This document shows positions 50,501 to 60,470 of a DNA stretch of 64,000 nt, in pieces. The position numbers were made by a program, and so were the translations under genes. Location of the stretch: NCBI GenBank assembly GCA_973895155.1, contig OZ316892.1:22173168-22237167 (forward strand), written 5' to 3'. The stretch's first letter is position 1. Each line of letters starts with the position of its first letter. Under the pieces are notes generated by a model. The model was not told the DNA's origin and made no database searches. It saw only the letters and a list, made by a program, of their open reading frames with translations. Source of the DNA: Marsupella aquatica. Taxonomy: Eukaryota; Plantae; Marchantiophyta.

Positions 50501-52556
50501 AATCCTCCACAAAGAATCCAGGTCCACAAGGGTGTTAGGTGATTACACAGATGTTGATTTCCATGCTACAATGGAAAACAATGCCAAATTACACATTGAA
50601 TTGGCTAAAGCCTGTAGGACTAGAGCAAATCCAGGACCAAGTACTGGTCCCAAACGAGGCAGAGATGCAGAGGGATCTGCAAGAAAGGGTAGGCCTAAGC
50701 AGTGAATAGGTTTTAGGTGTGTGAAGTCCATAGATGGACTACATGTATGGACTATATATGAAATCAGACTAATGTTTTGCCCATTTGTTCAGTTGGTGAA
50801 TGCAGCCTGTGAAAGGAAGATTGCAGGGGTTGTCACATCCTTTGAATGCTTATGAGGAGGCCCGAAAGCGGAACATAGAGCATAATGTCAGCATTATGCG
50901 TGATCTAGGACTGGGGCCAGACTGCATGCTGATGTGTGTGTTAAAATGTCTGTTGCAAATTTGATTCAGTAGATATATGGAGTTGTCAGGTTCATGTTCT
51001 GTTTTCATATTCCAGATTGGTCTCATACTAGTATGGAACCTGTACATAAGTACCATTATTACTGTGTTGTAGATTCTGCTTGCATGTATGTTTGATCTGC
51101 ATTGGTGTATGTTGATGATTGCTTTGTTCCTTAGAGGCCCAACCACACATGTACAACGACAGAGAGAAAAGCCTGCATTGGTGAAAGGTACTTCAACTGG
51201 AACATTGCCAAAGAGGAGGAGCTCTAGACTATCACAAGTTACCAAGGTGAACATGGCACAGTCTGGTGATGATGGCTATGCCAGTGCTGGGTATGACACT
51301 GAGGATTCTGACATTGGAGGGTCAGAACCTGAGAGTGAACAGCAGGTAATGCTTGAACTTCATCATCCTAAACCCTAAATCCTTGTCCTTGTTTCAAAGT
51401 ATTTGTTAATATGCCTACGTTGTCCATGATGTAGGTACAGAAACAAAATCGTGGTCCTAAGAAGACTGGGCCTGGTGGAGGTGGGCTGGTGAGATGTTGG
51501 AAAGACCCAGACACTGGATTGTTATATGAAAGTGAGTGGATTGTACTGATATACCTTTTCAGTGTGTTTGGAAATTGATATTCTACATTTTCCTCAAATT
51601 CACTGAAGTGCTTGGTGGTGTGTGTTTGTTTAGTGGTTCCATCAGCATCTGAAGGCAGATCAGGTCAATCTGACGTACTACATTCTAGAGGATCTTCAGG
51701 TAATACAAATCTGCTCGTCATGCATATGCAAGTGCATTTGCTCAACTTTTCAATGTACATATTTTCTGAGTGAAAGCATGTGTGTGCATTGCAGGCGGGG
51801 CCTCTGAGATGCGCAGGGAACGAAGGCATGCTAAGAAGATGTTTGATAATGCTGCCAAAGTACGAAGGAATCAGGGAGATTTTCCCAAACACATTAAAGT
51901 GAGTATTGTACTTTTTTTGAATGTAGATTTAGACATAGATCCTCTCTGTTATTGTGTGTATAAAACCTGGACTATGCATAAATTCCAGAGTTATGAATTG
52001 ACATTGCATGTGAAATGCAGATTTATGATAATGATATTGATGATTCTGATCCCAACAAACAGTACTGGTTGGAGGAACTTCGTGGCAATGTACTCAGAAT
52101 CTTTGATGTATCAATTTGATGTATCAAAGCCAAAATGGACTGATCATCCACGAGTTCATATAACCAGTGTGTGGAAGAACATGGCAGCTGAGTGGGAGTA
52201 TGTGGGTGGGGAATTTATTGACAACAAATTCCAGAGTCATTGTCGTGGCATATTGAAGAGAGAGCGCCATAAAATGCATGTTTACTGGAAGAAAGTTTGC
52301 AATGAGGATCCAACCAAACCTGGGCCATCTGGTGTTGATCCAAAGAAATGGGCAGCTTTGGTATCTCATTTCACCAGTCCAGCATTGATATCTTTGAGTA
52401 AACAGATGACTGATAAAAGAGCATGAGTGCAAGATACCGGTCACTTTGGTAGAGGAGGGCATGTTGCAGCAGCAAAGAGAATGGTAAACTGTCTATATCA
52501 TTTTCACTATCAATTTTGTCTTGTTTGTGAATCTTGATGAAAACAGACTCTGAGTT

Positions 52557-55500
52557 TGTGGTGCGTCCCATGGCTCCCTAAACCCAAGAAACCCCCCAGC
52601 TCAAGAATTCCCGCAGGTTTCGTGCTTGGCGAGGCCGTTTCCGCGGCTTAGCGGCATGGGACGCTGCTAACCTTCTACTACTACTATTAACATTTTACAC
52701 ACATATACTGGACAGATCCTTCATCGGGTCATGAGATACGTAGCCGGCCTAATATAGGCCTTCCCCTGTCTTCCCCTGTCTTCCCCTCCATCTTGTTAGG
52801 TATGTTTGGATTCCGCCGCCGGAATGATCCCCAATAGGCTTGGTTAAGCCGCTAAGACCTCTCTCAGCTCGACACATCCAACTCTTACTCCCCTGCTTAC
52901 TTTCCTTCCTTCTGTTGATGTGGGCACTCTTCACACAAGTTAATGCGACACACAAATAGCAAAATGACTCATTCTGACTGAGTCATACCATGCACTTGCC
53001 ATACAAACAGTACATCTCATACACAAGTTCTGCGAACTAAGCCGTGAGGCCAACTCTATTCAGCTCTTAGGCATGAGGAAACATGAATATACACAAGGGT
53101 CACTGTATGACTAACCGAGAGCTTCTCGTACTACTTGATCCCAGCCCGGCTGGTGCAAACTAAAAACTTGCTAAAGAAGAGGCCCTGAGCTCCCCGCTGC
53201 CCAGGTACTTATCCTGGTAGTGGATCCGCCATTCTTTGCATCGTAAGCCTAATCTACTTAACAGTAATCTACTTGCCTGAATCTACCTATGTACAGCAAG
53301 GCAGGAGCACAAGTGTTGCTCCTACCAGTGGGACCGCAATCCCACTAAGCTAAGTGTCAGGGCCGCTCCTGGTTCTGATCCTAATCCTAAACGTGGAGAT
53401 CCGCGCCCGCCCTGCCCACTCACGCCTCCTCCCTCCACGTCCGCCCTCCCTAAAAGGAACGGCGCCCTTGCACCGTCACGACACCGGTGGTGGATCCTTA
53501 ATGGACGCCCCCAACGCTTCCTCCTCAGCCACTGCCGTAGGCTCATTCCCTGACAGATTACCTGCCCTTGACTGAGTCAACTCTCCATCGGCCTGATTGG
53601 GTCCACCATCGGCGTCGGCATCGGCTCGAGAATCGGTTACGGCCTCAGCCTCGGCTACGGTCTCCCCGGCCTGCTCAAGAGGCGGATCTGGAATACCGGC
53701 CTCCTTACTGAGTAGTTCGGCTTGGGCCGCACCACCCCCACCTGTGATCATAGCGGGATCTATTGCCGTATTCATGTCGGAGGATGGTGCTGGTTCTACC
53801 TCTTTGGTCACCACGGCTTGTGGAGTCGGATTACTCCTTGACCCTGAAGGTTTCCGCTTTTTCTTCTTTTCTGGTTCGGCAGCTGGTCCCTTCCCCTTCC
53901 CACTTACCTCCGGCACTGGTGCAGTTGGCGTGGCTTTTTCTTCGGCCAGTACCACTCCTGGTAACTTGGTTGCCCCAATTGGAGTTGGGCCTGATGAAGA
54001 CAAGCACCTAAATACTGCGGCTTGTTTCTTCAGCCGCTCCGTTTGGTTGTCGGCCCGCCGCTGGAGGTTCTCCATCTTCCTCGTGATTTCCTCCAACTCC
54101 TCCTGGGTCTCATCCAGGTCCTTGCGTGCCTCCTCTAGTTCCTTCTGGGCTTCCTCCCGTTCTTGTTTCAAGGTAGTCCTCTCCTCCTGGGTTGCTTTTA
54201 GCTCCTTGTCGAGCTCTGCAATGATGACAGACTCCATCTGGTTCATCTTGGCATAAGTCTGTTCGAGCATCTCGTCCTTCTCCCTTAGGTCGGCCTTGAA
54301 GCTGGCCGTCAGGGACGCAAGCTCCTGCTGCAGCGCCATAATCCCTTGATAGGATTTCCCTAACTCGGCCTCCTTCTGCTCAAGGGCTCCGCGGATTTTC
54401 TCGAGCTCCCCTTTCAACGCCCATTCCTTTCTTTGGGTCTCCGCCATGGCCCGGCTGTTGGCTGTTATGTGGGCCTCCTCTGTATTCTTCAGCTCTTGCT
54501 TCCACTTCTCCCTCTCTTTGATCGTGTCGGCCAACTCTTCCTGCGTCTGAGTCAGTTTATCCTTGATATTCTGATTATCAGCCTGCGCAGTGTCCAACTG
54601 CCCCTGCATGATGTTCAGCTCATGTCGTTTAATCCGCAGTTCATCTTGGGCTTTCTTGGCCGCCCTTAGATCTTCAATCTCGGCTTCCATCCTCCTAAGC
54701 CGCCGAATGACCTCGTCCTTCTTGCTTCTCTCTAAAGCCACCGCTTCTTCTAATTGGTGCTTCTCCAACTGCTCCCTATGGAAAAAGGGTCCTACCTCCA
54801 ACTCCTCTCCAAAGATGCCGAGCGCAAGTTCCCCACACATCTCACCATACTCCATGGCTCTATTCTTAGCGTAGGTGGAGTAAGTAGAAGTGATCGGCAT
54901 CGCCCATCGTGGCCTCTGCTCCCAAGCCGTCCTGCGGATCTCTTCAATCGTGGCTAGAGGTTTGCTTCCTTTTTCGGCTAGCCGCCTGATGTCCTCCGGC
55001 CAATCTCCTCCTGGTAAATCCTTTTCCTTAGCCAGGGCGGCCTCTTCCTCCTGCTTGATTCGCTCCTGAAATTCCTGCACCGTCTGTTTTATGCCGTCGA
55101 AGCTCGGGGGAGCAACATCTGGTGGGGGAGACTCAGGGCTACTCTGCTGGTTGGGGTCCCCTCGCACTACCCTTGGAAGTGTGGGGACAAACCGGCCACA
55201 GGTCCTTACTCCTGGAACGTGATGGTCCGACCCATAGCCGGAATTATCATGGCTGCAGTCCTCCACTGCCTCCTCTACCTCTTGGACGTCCGGCTTCTCC
55301 CTCTCCTCTTCGTCGGTAGGAGCTTCAGGCAATTCTGCCTCAGATTCGGAGCTTGAGGTTCCCACGTACATTCGAACACCTGGCTTGGATTCCGGCCTGA
55401 TTCTCTCCTTGTCTCCAGCAAAGGGGTTTTCTCTTGTGAGCCGGTGTAGGCCTACCTCTGTAGTAGTGTCCTGCATTGTTGCCATTGCCGTTGCTGTTGC

Positions 55501-57223
55501 CGATGCCGATTTCTTTTCTTTCTCCAGTAGTTTCAGCAGACTCTGCATGCCTGGTTGCTGCATCGGCAAGTCCTCCTTCCTGGGCCTAAACACCTGCTCG
55601 ATCGTAGGACTAACAGGTGGTTGAGGCTTCTCAGCCAACGGCCTCGGCGTTGGAGCTTCCTCGGGTGCCCTTACCTGCAGGGGAAGTACCGGGGCAAAAG
55701 TCTGACCTCTGGCATACCGGCACAACAGCGGCATGTGATAGCCCAGCCGCGACACGCTCCCCATGCCGATTACCTGCTGCTCCTCCTTTAAGATCTTCTT
55801 CAATTGGTTGAGGAGGTACCCGTTGTAGTCCCGGCTTGGGTCTGGCCTTTCTGCCAGATAGACCTGTGCCTTGCCGATCTCTGCCCTCGGCAAGTTACAA
55901 TGCATGGTCACCCGCAAGAAGTCGATCATCTCTCCTATGTGCGGGTTGGTGCAGGTGTTCCGGAAGAAGCCATTCTTCGTTGATGGCCCGGGGAACGACC
56001 GGAACTCCTTGTCAGGCAAGGTCTTCCTGGTATCAACTTTGGTCTTATTGCCTATCGGCAGGCCAAACACTTCGGCAATTACCTTGGGAGTAAGATAGAA
56101 ATCCTTCCCATATATCCTCGTGCAATTGGTCTCGGGTTCCCATGACCCCACGAATTCTAATAGGTCTGACTCCGGTACCTCTGGCTTCAGCCATGGTAAT
56201 CTTACAAAGGCCTCCAAGCCGGATCCGGCCATGAAGCCTTGGTACTTCTTGGTCTGCATGGCCGTAAAGCATGCATCCTCCTCCCGTGCAAAATGTAGTT
56301 GCACCTCCACCGGTAGGGTTGCCGCCCAGCCCTTCCAGGTGTCATCCCTGGTTGGAATGGCCTTGATGGGATCGACCTCCTCCTCTTCGGCTTCTCCCTG
56401 CCTCCTGCTTTGCTGCTCGGCTGGCTTCTTTGGTGCCGCCGACCTCGTTCTTTTTGCCGGGGTGGCTTCATCGTTGACGGCTCCCTTCCTCTTCATCTCT
56501 GCTGCCGTGGAGGTTTCTCCTAGCACCGTTGCCTGGGTCCACCTTTCCGTGCTACCCTTTAATTCCCAGTGTATGTCGTTGCAGTTCTTGATGGCCTCTC
56601 GGATGCCGACGACGCTGTCTTTGCAAAACAGAAGATCGTCGAGTTGATTGGAAGTAGGCGTCCACAGGAACTCGTCCTTGATGAGTTTGCCTCCTAAGAA
56701 AGCCGTCTTCTGCAGCTCCCACAATCGAGCGAGCTCCTGCCGTTGTCGAGCTGCCCTTTCTGATTCCTCGTCCTCGTAAGTCTTGATGTACTCAGTTGCC
56801 TGGTCGAACAGGCATCCCCAGAAATGTGCCGCTTGATTGACGTTGCTCATACCCTCCTTAGGTCGATCGTCGGTATCTACTCTCTCCCCGAGTGCTTGCC
56901 TAAGTAGCTGACAGTAGTTGGCCTCCCGTAGTCGTCTGCCTAGTTCGTGCTCGCAAATGAGCCACCATCTCCTGCAAGCGCTCCTTACCCCTCTCCTCTG
57001 CCTGTCCTTCTTCCCGTTGATCCTTCCTAGCCGCCGACGCTTAACGCGCCCTAACCCTAATCGGGTTTTCACCCTCAGCCTTACCTCCGGCCTCGGCCCG
57101 GGTTCCATGGTTGCCCCTAATTGTTTATATTTTCCTTGTTTTGTCCCTATACTAAGGTGTTCCTAGGGTGCCTTCCTGCTTTACCCACTTAACCGGCCGA
57201 GTGATTCCTGTCTAGGCATCACA
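52557..57223. mobile_element. 4667-bp TG..CA element without terminal direct repeats (solo-LTR-like) containing one long ORF
   Basis: Termini TGTGGTGC / GCATCACA form an imperfect inverted pair. Flanks GAGTT and AAGTT match at 4/5. The host intron resumes to an AG at ~57253, and the same left end recurs at 14935. Confidence 0.75.
53476..57108 (-). CDS. 1210-aa retroelement accessory protein: basic N-terminus, plant-mobile/Transposase_32-like domain, long coiled coil, low-complexity tail
   Basis: Uninterrupted 3633-bp ORF. GLEAFVRLPW..LLEFVGSW..IYGKDFYLTPKVIAEVFGLP resembles the extra-ORF domain of Athila/Tat-type elements. It has an E/K/L-rich heptad region, and I saw no gag, RT, integrase or recombinase motifs. 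Confidence 0.8.
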   Translation of the reverse strand: MEPGPRPEVRLRVKTRLGLGRVKRRRLGRINGKKDRQRRGVRSACRRWWLICEHELGRRLREANYCQLLRQALGERVDTDDRPKEGMSNVNQAAHFWGCLFDQATEYIKTYEDEESERAARQRQELARLWELQKTAFLGGKLIKDEFLWTPTSNQLDDLLFCKDSVVGIREAIKNCNDIHWELKGSTERWTQATVLGETSTAAEMKRKGAVNDEATPAKRTRSAAPKKPAEQQSRRQGEAEEEEVDPIKAIPTRDDTWKGWAATLPVEVQLHFAREEDACFTAMQTKKYQGFMAGSGLEAFVRLPWLKPEVPESDLLEFVGSWEPETNCTRIYGKDFYLTPKVIAEVFGLPIGNKTKVDTRKTLPDKEFRSFPGPSTKNGFFRNTCTNPHIGEMIDFLRVTMHCNLPRAEIGKAQVYLAERPDPSRDYNGYLLNQLKKILKEEQQVIGMGSVSRLGYHMPLLCRYARGQTFAPVLPLQVRAPEEAPTPRPLAEKPQPPVSPTIEQVFRPRKEDLPMQQPGMQSLLKLLEKEKKSASATATAMATMQDTTTEVGLHRLTRENPFAGDKERIRPESKPGVRMYVGTSSSESEAELPEAPTDEEEREKPDVQEVEEAVEDCSHDNSGYGSDHHVPGVRTCGRFVPTLPRVVRGDPNQQSSPESPPPDVAPPSFDGIKQTVQEFQERIKQEEEAALAKEKDLPGGDWPEDIRRLAEKGSKPLATIEEIRRTAWEQRPRWAMPITSTYSTYAKNRAMEYGEMCGELALGIFGEELEVGPFFHREQLEKHQLEEAVALERSKKDEVIRRLRRMEAEIEDLRAAKKAQDELRIKRHELNIMQGQLDTAQADNQNIKDKLTQTQEELADTIKEREKWKQELKNTEEAHITANSRAMAETQRKEWALKGELEKIRGALEQKEAELGKSYQGIMALQQELASLTASFKADLREKDEMLEQTYAKMNQMESVIIAELDKELKATQEERTTLKQEREEAQKELEEARKDLDETQEELEEITRKMENLQRRADNQTERLKKQAAVFRCLSSSGPTPIGATKLPGVVLAEEKATPTAPVPEVSGKGKGPAAEPEKKKKRKPSGSRSNPTPQAVVTKEVEPAPSSDMNTAIDPAMITGGGGAAQAELLSKEAGIPDPPLEQAGETVAEAEAVTDSRADADADGGPNQADGELTQSRAGNLSGNEPTAVAEEEALGASIKDPPPVS

Positions 57224-59732
57224 AAGTTTCTCATTCATTGTGTGTTTGAACAGAAGCAGAAGAGAGGATCAAGCCCAGGTATATCTGACCTGAAAGAAAA
57301 CCTTGGTAGTCAGGGCTCATTGCCAAAGGTGACAATGAGCCCATCATTGGCAAGTGCAGAAGGTCAGACTGGTAGTTTTTGGGGAGCAAAGGTGAGCCCG
57401 TCATTGGCAAGTGGGGAGGGTAAAAGCGCTAGCTTACTGGGGCAAGGATACAGACATGGATCAGCTGTGAGTATTGCCATTCCAATCTGATTTTCCATTT
57501 GATAGAGTGTTGTGTCGTTTGTTAGTTTGACAATGAGAATGTTGTGTTGGTTTGTGGTTCATTTACAGACCCCACATTCAAAAGAAGAGATCACTGCCAT
57601 TGGGGCTGTCAAATTGGATGTCGATGAGTTGAAAGGCACTGTGAAGGAGTTGACAAACATGATGACTATATGGATGGCACATCACTCCAGTAATGCACAA
57701 GTTCCAACATTTGTTCCTAGTCACAGTAAGTTGACTACAACTACCAAAGAAGGTAGTAGAAAACGATCTCTTACTTTTTCAGGTGATAATGGAGGTAAAA
57801 TTCTCTATCATCTATTCACTGTCAATTCAATGTAATTATTGTGGTGTATATATGTCATTGTATGTTTATAATGTTCTTGCATGTTCTAGTGTGATTATAT
57901 GTTGCTGGTGTATACATGTTTGTTTATGCATTTCTCTTGTATGTGTTTTATGACAGCATCTTTAGGGGAGCCTCCTGTGTTGCAGGGAAGACCAACTGAC
58001 ACAGCTAACAGTACTCTGAAGCAAACTGAATTGGAAGTGAACCTTTTGCCATCTAAGTTGCCCAAAGAAGCCATTTCAGATGCCTTTCAGTTACCAGAGG
58101 ATAAGTCGACTCAGTTGACACCAGATGTAACCCCAGAATCAATCTGAGTTGCCAAAAGAAACTCCTGTTCCAAGTGAGCATGATGACACTCCATCAACTA
58201 GAAAGGGAAAGAAGAAAAGGAAGAAAGGATCTTCAGCAAATGCATCACCTGCACAGAAGAAACCAATGCAGTCTCCTAACCCCATTGCAAAGGTAAATGT
58301 GTGTTTGATTTGAGTGTTCTTCTATCTTTCAATTTCTGTTTATTGCATTTTTAACAAAATGTGTTGTTCACAGTTTGCAAGAGGAGATTTGGTGAAGATG
58401 AAGAGCGTTGTGGACAATTCCATGATAGTGGCAGAAGGTGAGGTGACAGGGCTGCCAGGAGAAGATAAGTATCATTGTGCAGATTTTGAAAGCCCTTTCT
58501 TGCGAGTGCGTGTGATTGAAGTGTTTGTAGATGTGGCATTGCCATTTGCCAATGCAGGGGAGAAACAGTCTAAATTATCTAATGTGAAAGGGATGAATGC
58601 CCTATGGAACTCTAGATTGCTTAAGAAGCAATAGAAATAGCACTCTGTCAAGAAACACTAGACATGATAGAATCAGCTCTGTTTTTCTATAAAACATGCA
58701 GAGTGATTGGTATGTCAGGTTGTAACAATTGACAATCTAATATTATTGATGCCAATGTAATTTTGTTTCATAAATTTGCATTGAGTTCAATAGTTACTGT
58801 GAGACTTATGAAGGTATCTTGTATGAATGTCAATTGGATTTGTGATATATATGGAATGTTTCTTTAAGTTTTCATTCAACAAATCCATTGAATGGCTTTG
58901 TAATGTATGATTTTTGAATGACATGAAGTTTTATTTATCATGATCACTTAAATTTGAATTTCTCCAAATCATTGAATATTTCACCTAAATGACTGGCTAG
59001 AATGACTGATGTAATGGTCATTATCCACTACTATCTTTGTGACCAATATGACTCAACTCTGGTCATTAAAGACATAGACTAAATGATTCAAAGAATGACA
59101 TATACAATGACCGCTCTCATGGTCATTATAAACAAGTCCACTATGACTCATTTTATGTCATTCAAGACATGTCATTAATGACTAATGTGTATCTTTATGT
59201 GTCTCCTCCTAATTGAACCACGTGTCTTAATATGACTTGTTTATATCGTAGTCATTTTGGACACGTCCAAAATGACCCAAATATATTGCCAAATGGTGAA
59301 TCCTCTTTGAACCATGTGTCACTATTTAATTTGCTATATAATGTACATCATTTTGGACAAGTCCAAAATGACCAATGTTATTTGCTTTTTGATGGCCACG
59401 TGTCATTGTGTGATTGGGTACGGGGACCGTCGACGGTCAACGGCAATTGACCGTCGATGGTGATTTGTGTCGTCATTTTGGACCGTTCAGCATTTATGAC
59501 CATATCATAAAAACCATCATTTAGGATAGTATGAAATGACCACATGTTTTTAGCGTCATTTGTCCAAAAGGACCGTGACCAAAATGTCCGTTGTGACGCG
59601 TCTGGAAAGACAAGAACGATTGCGTCATTGTTTTGTTAAAAAGACCTGATTAATAGTCATTGTTTCCGTCATAAAATACATTGTTTTCTACTAGTGTATG
59701 CAGTATTTTCTATACAACTGAAGGCTTATGAT

Positions 59733-60470
59733 CTATTTGAAATCATGAGGTGGCACATCACAACCCTCTGGAATGACATGGCGATTGCAGTACACCATAC
59801 GCCATGGACCAATATCCCATGTTTCTCTACCCTTCACCCCTCTCTTCAAGTGTTTGTCTGCCTATGGTCCCTCATCCCTGCACCACGCACGAGGGCACCT
59901 ACGACACTGGATAAATTCCCAGATGCCATCCGCATACTCCTTACACACATCACAATAATGCCTTGGGCATATCAGAGTAGTGGGATGTGCATCTGAGTTC
60001 TCTGCGTACCCCATGAGAGGCAACTCCCTGGCCCTCAGTATGGTCCGCAGACATCCCACATGATAAAAAGAAAAGCAGTCATCCTGTGCACACTGGACCA
60101 CAAGGGGCTCATCTGTAGTGGGCTTTAGGGTTCGGCCAAGTAGTCCACAAGCAAAGCAACGACCTCGTTTCTGTTGACAGAGGTCACAGAGCCACTCCTT
60201 GGCCCAATCATGCCCTCTAGAAATGGCAACGGGTGTGCACTCAGGCCCATGGCCATCAGGCTCCTCAGAATCCTGCCCATCAACTAAGTAATGGAAATGA
60301 CGATTGCAAGGCCCATCGCAGAACAAAACAGTACCTCCCTCATCACATTCAAAACAACAAGGGGGATCCATGCAGAGGTGCTCTTTATGGGCAAACTTTG
60401 GATCCAGCCAGGCAACAGCAGTCCGTGCCATGCCTGATGTCATGTGTGGATCTGCAGAATTACCTTCCAT
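59733..60470 (-). pseudogene. Second, divergent EDM2-type composite PHD gene with one in-frame stop
   Basis: CCFECDEGGTVLFCDGPCNRHFH...WLCDLCQQKRGRCFAC...CFSFYHVGC...ICPRHYCDVC...QCRRCPRAW, then TAG at 59862-59864, continuing in frame as ..RETWDIGPWRMVYCNRHVI.. to a stop at 59733. Confidence 0.82.

Larger units (their letters stand above)
43184..50705 (+). pseudogene. CACTA TnpD-like transposase (transposase-associated domain, Transposase_21, DUF4218, DUF4216-like), disrupted
   Basis: Motifs CPCVNC..HL, YFPIIPRLKRLY, LALDGVNPFG..STWP..NYNLPPW, LLWTINDYPAYG, LDPMHCEKN, GLKSHDFH, FPPSFFDVMTHL and WMYPIER. Frameshift near 43500 and a stop at 49919. Element B splits the frame at ..NKGVN/ALLSLM. 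Probable introns at ~48689-48822 and ~49734-49840. Confidence 0.93.
50793..58634 (+). pseudogene. Multi-exon TnpA-like gene of CACTA-2 (Transposase_24/Ptta-like exon and Tnp1/En-Spm-like last exon)
   Basis: Exon ~52050-52485 reads KWTDHP..VWK..PSGVDPKKWAALVSHFTSP..KRA followed by a premature stop. The last exon, 58373-58634, reads IVAEGEV..LRVRVIEVFVDVALPF..ALW. It has several short GT-AG introns, and the 4.7-kb insertion lies in one of them. The start is approximate. Confidence 0.65.
33374..59696 (+). mobile_element. CACTA/EnSpm element (CACTA-2), 26.3 kb including two nested insertions
   Basis: TIRs CACTAGAAGAAAACA and TGTTTTCTACTAGTG (14/15 match) with TAT on both sides. Dense AATGAC/GTCATT subterminal motifs at both ends. 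TnpD-like and TnpA-like genes lie inside. Confidence 0.9.

Noticed and set aside
53597-56647. Long + strand ORFs opposite the 1210-aa gene (also 22309-22938 - and 48325-49250 -)
   Set aside because: These are antisense shadows of real coding frames.
52557-57223. DIRS or Ginger-type autonomous element
   Set aside because: No RT, tyrosine recombinase or DDE integrase motifs were seen in the ORF.
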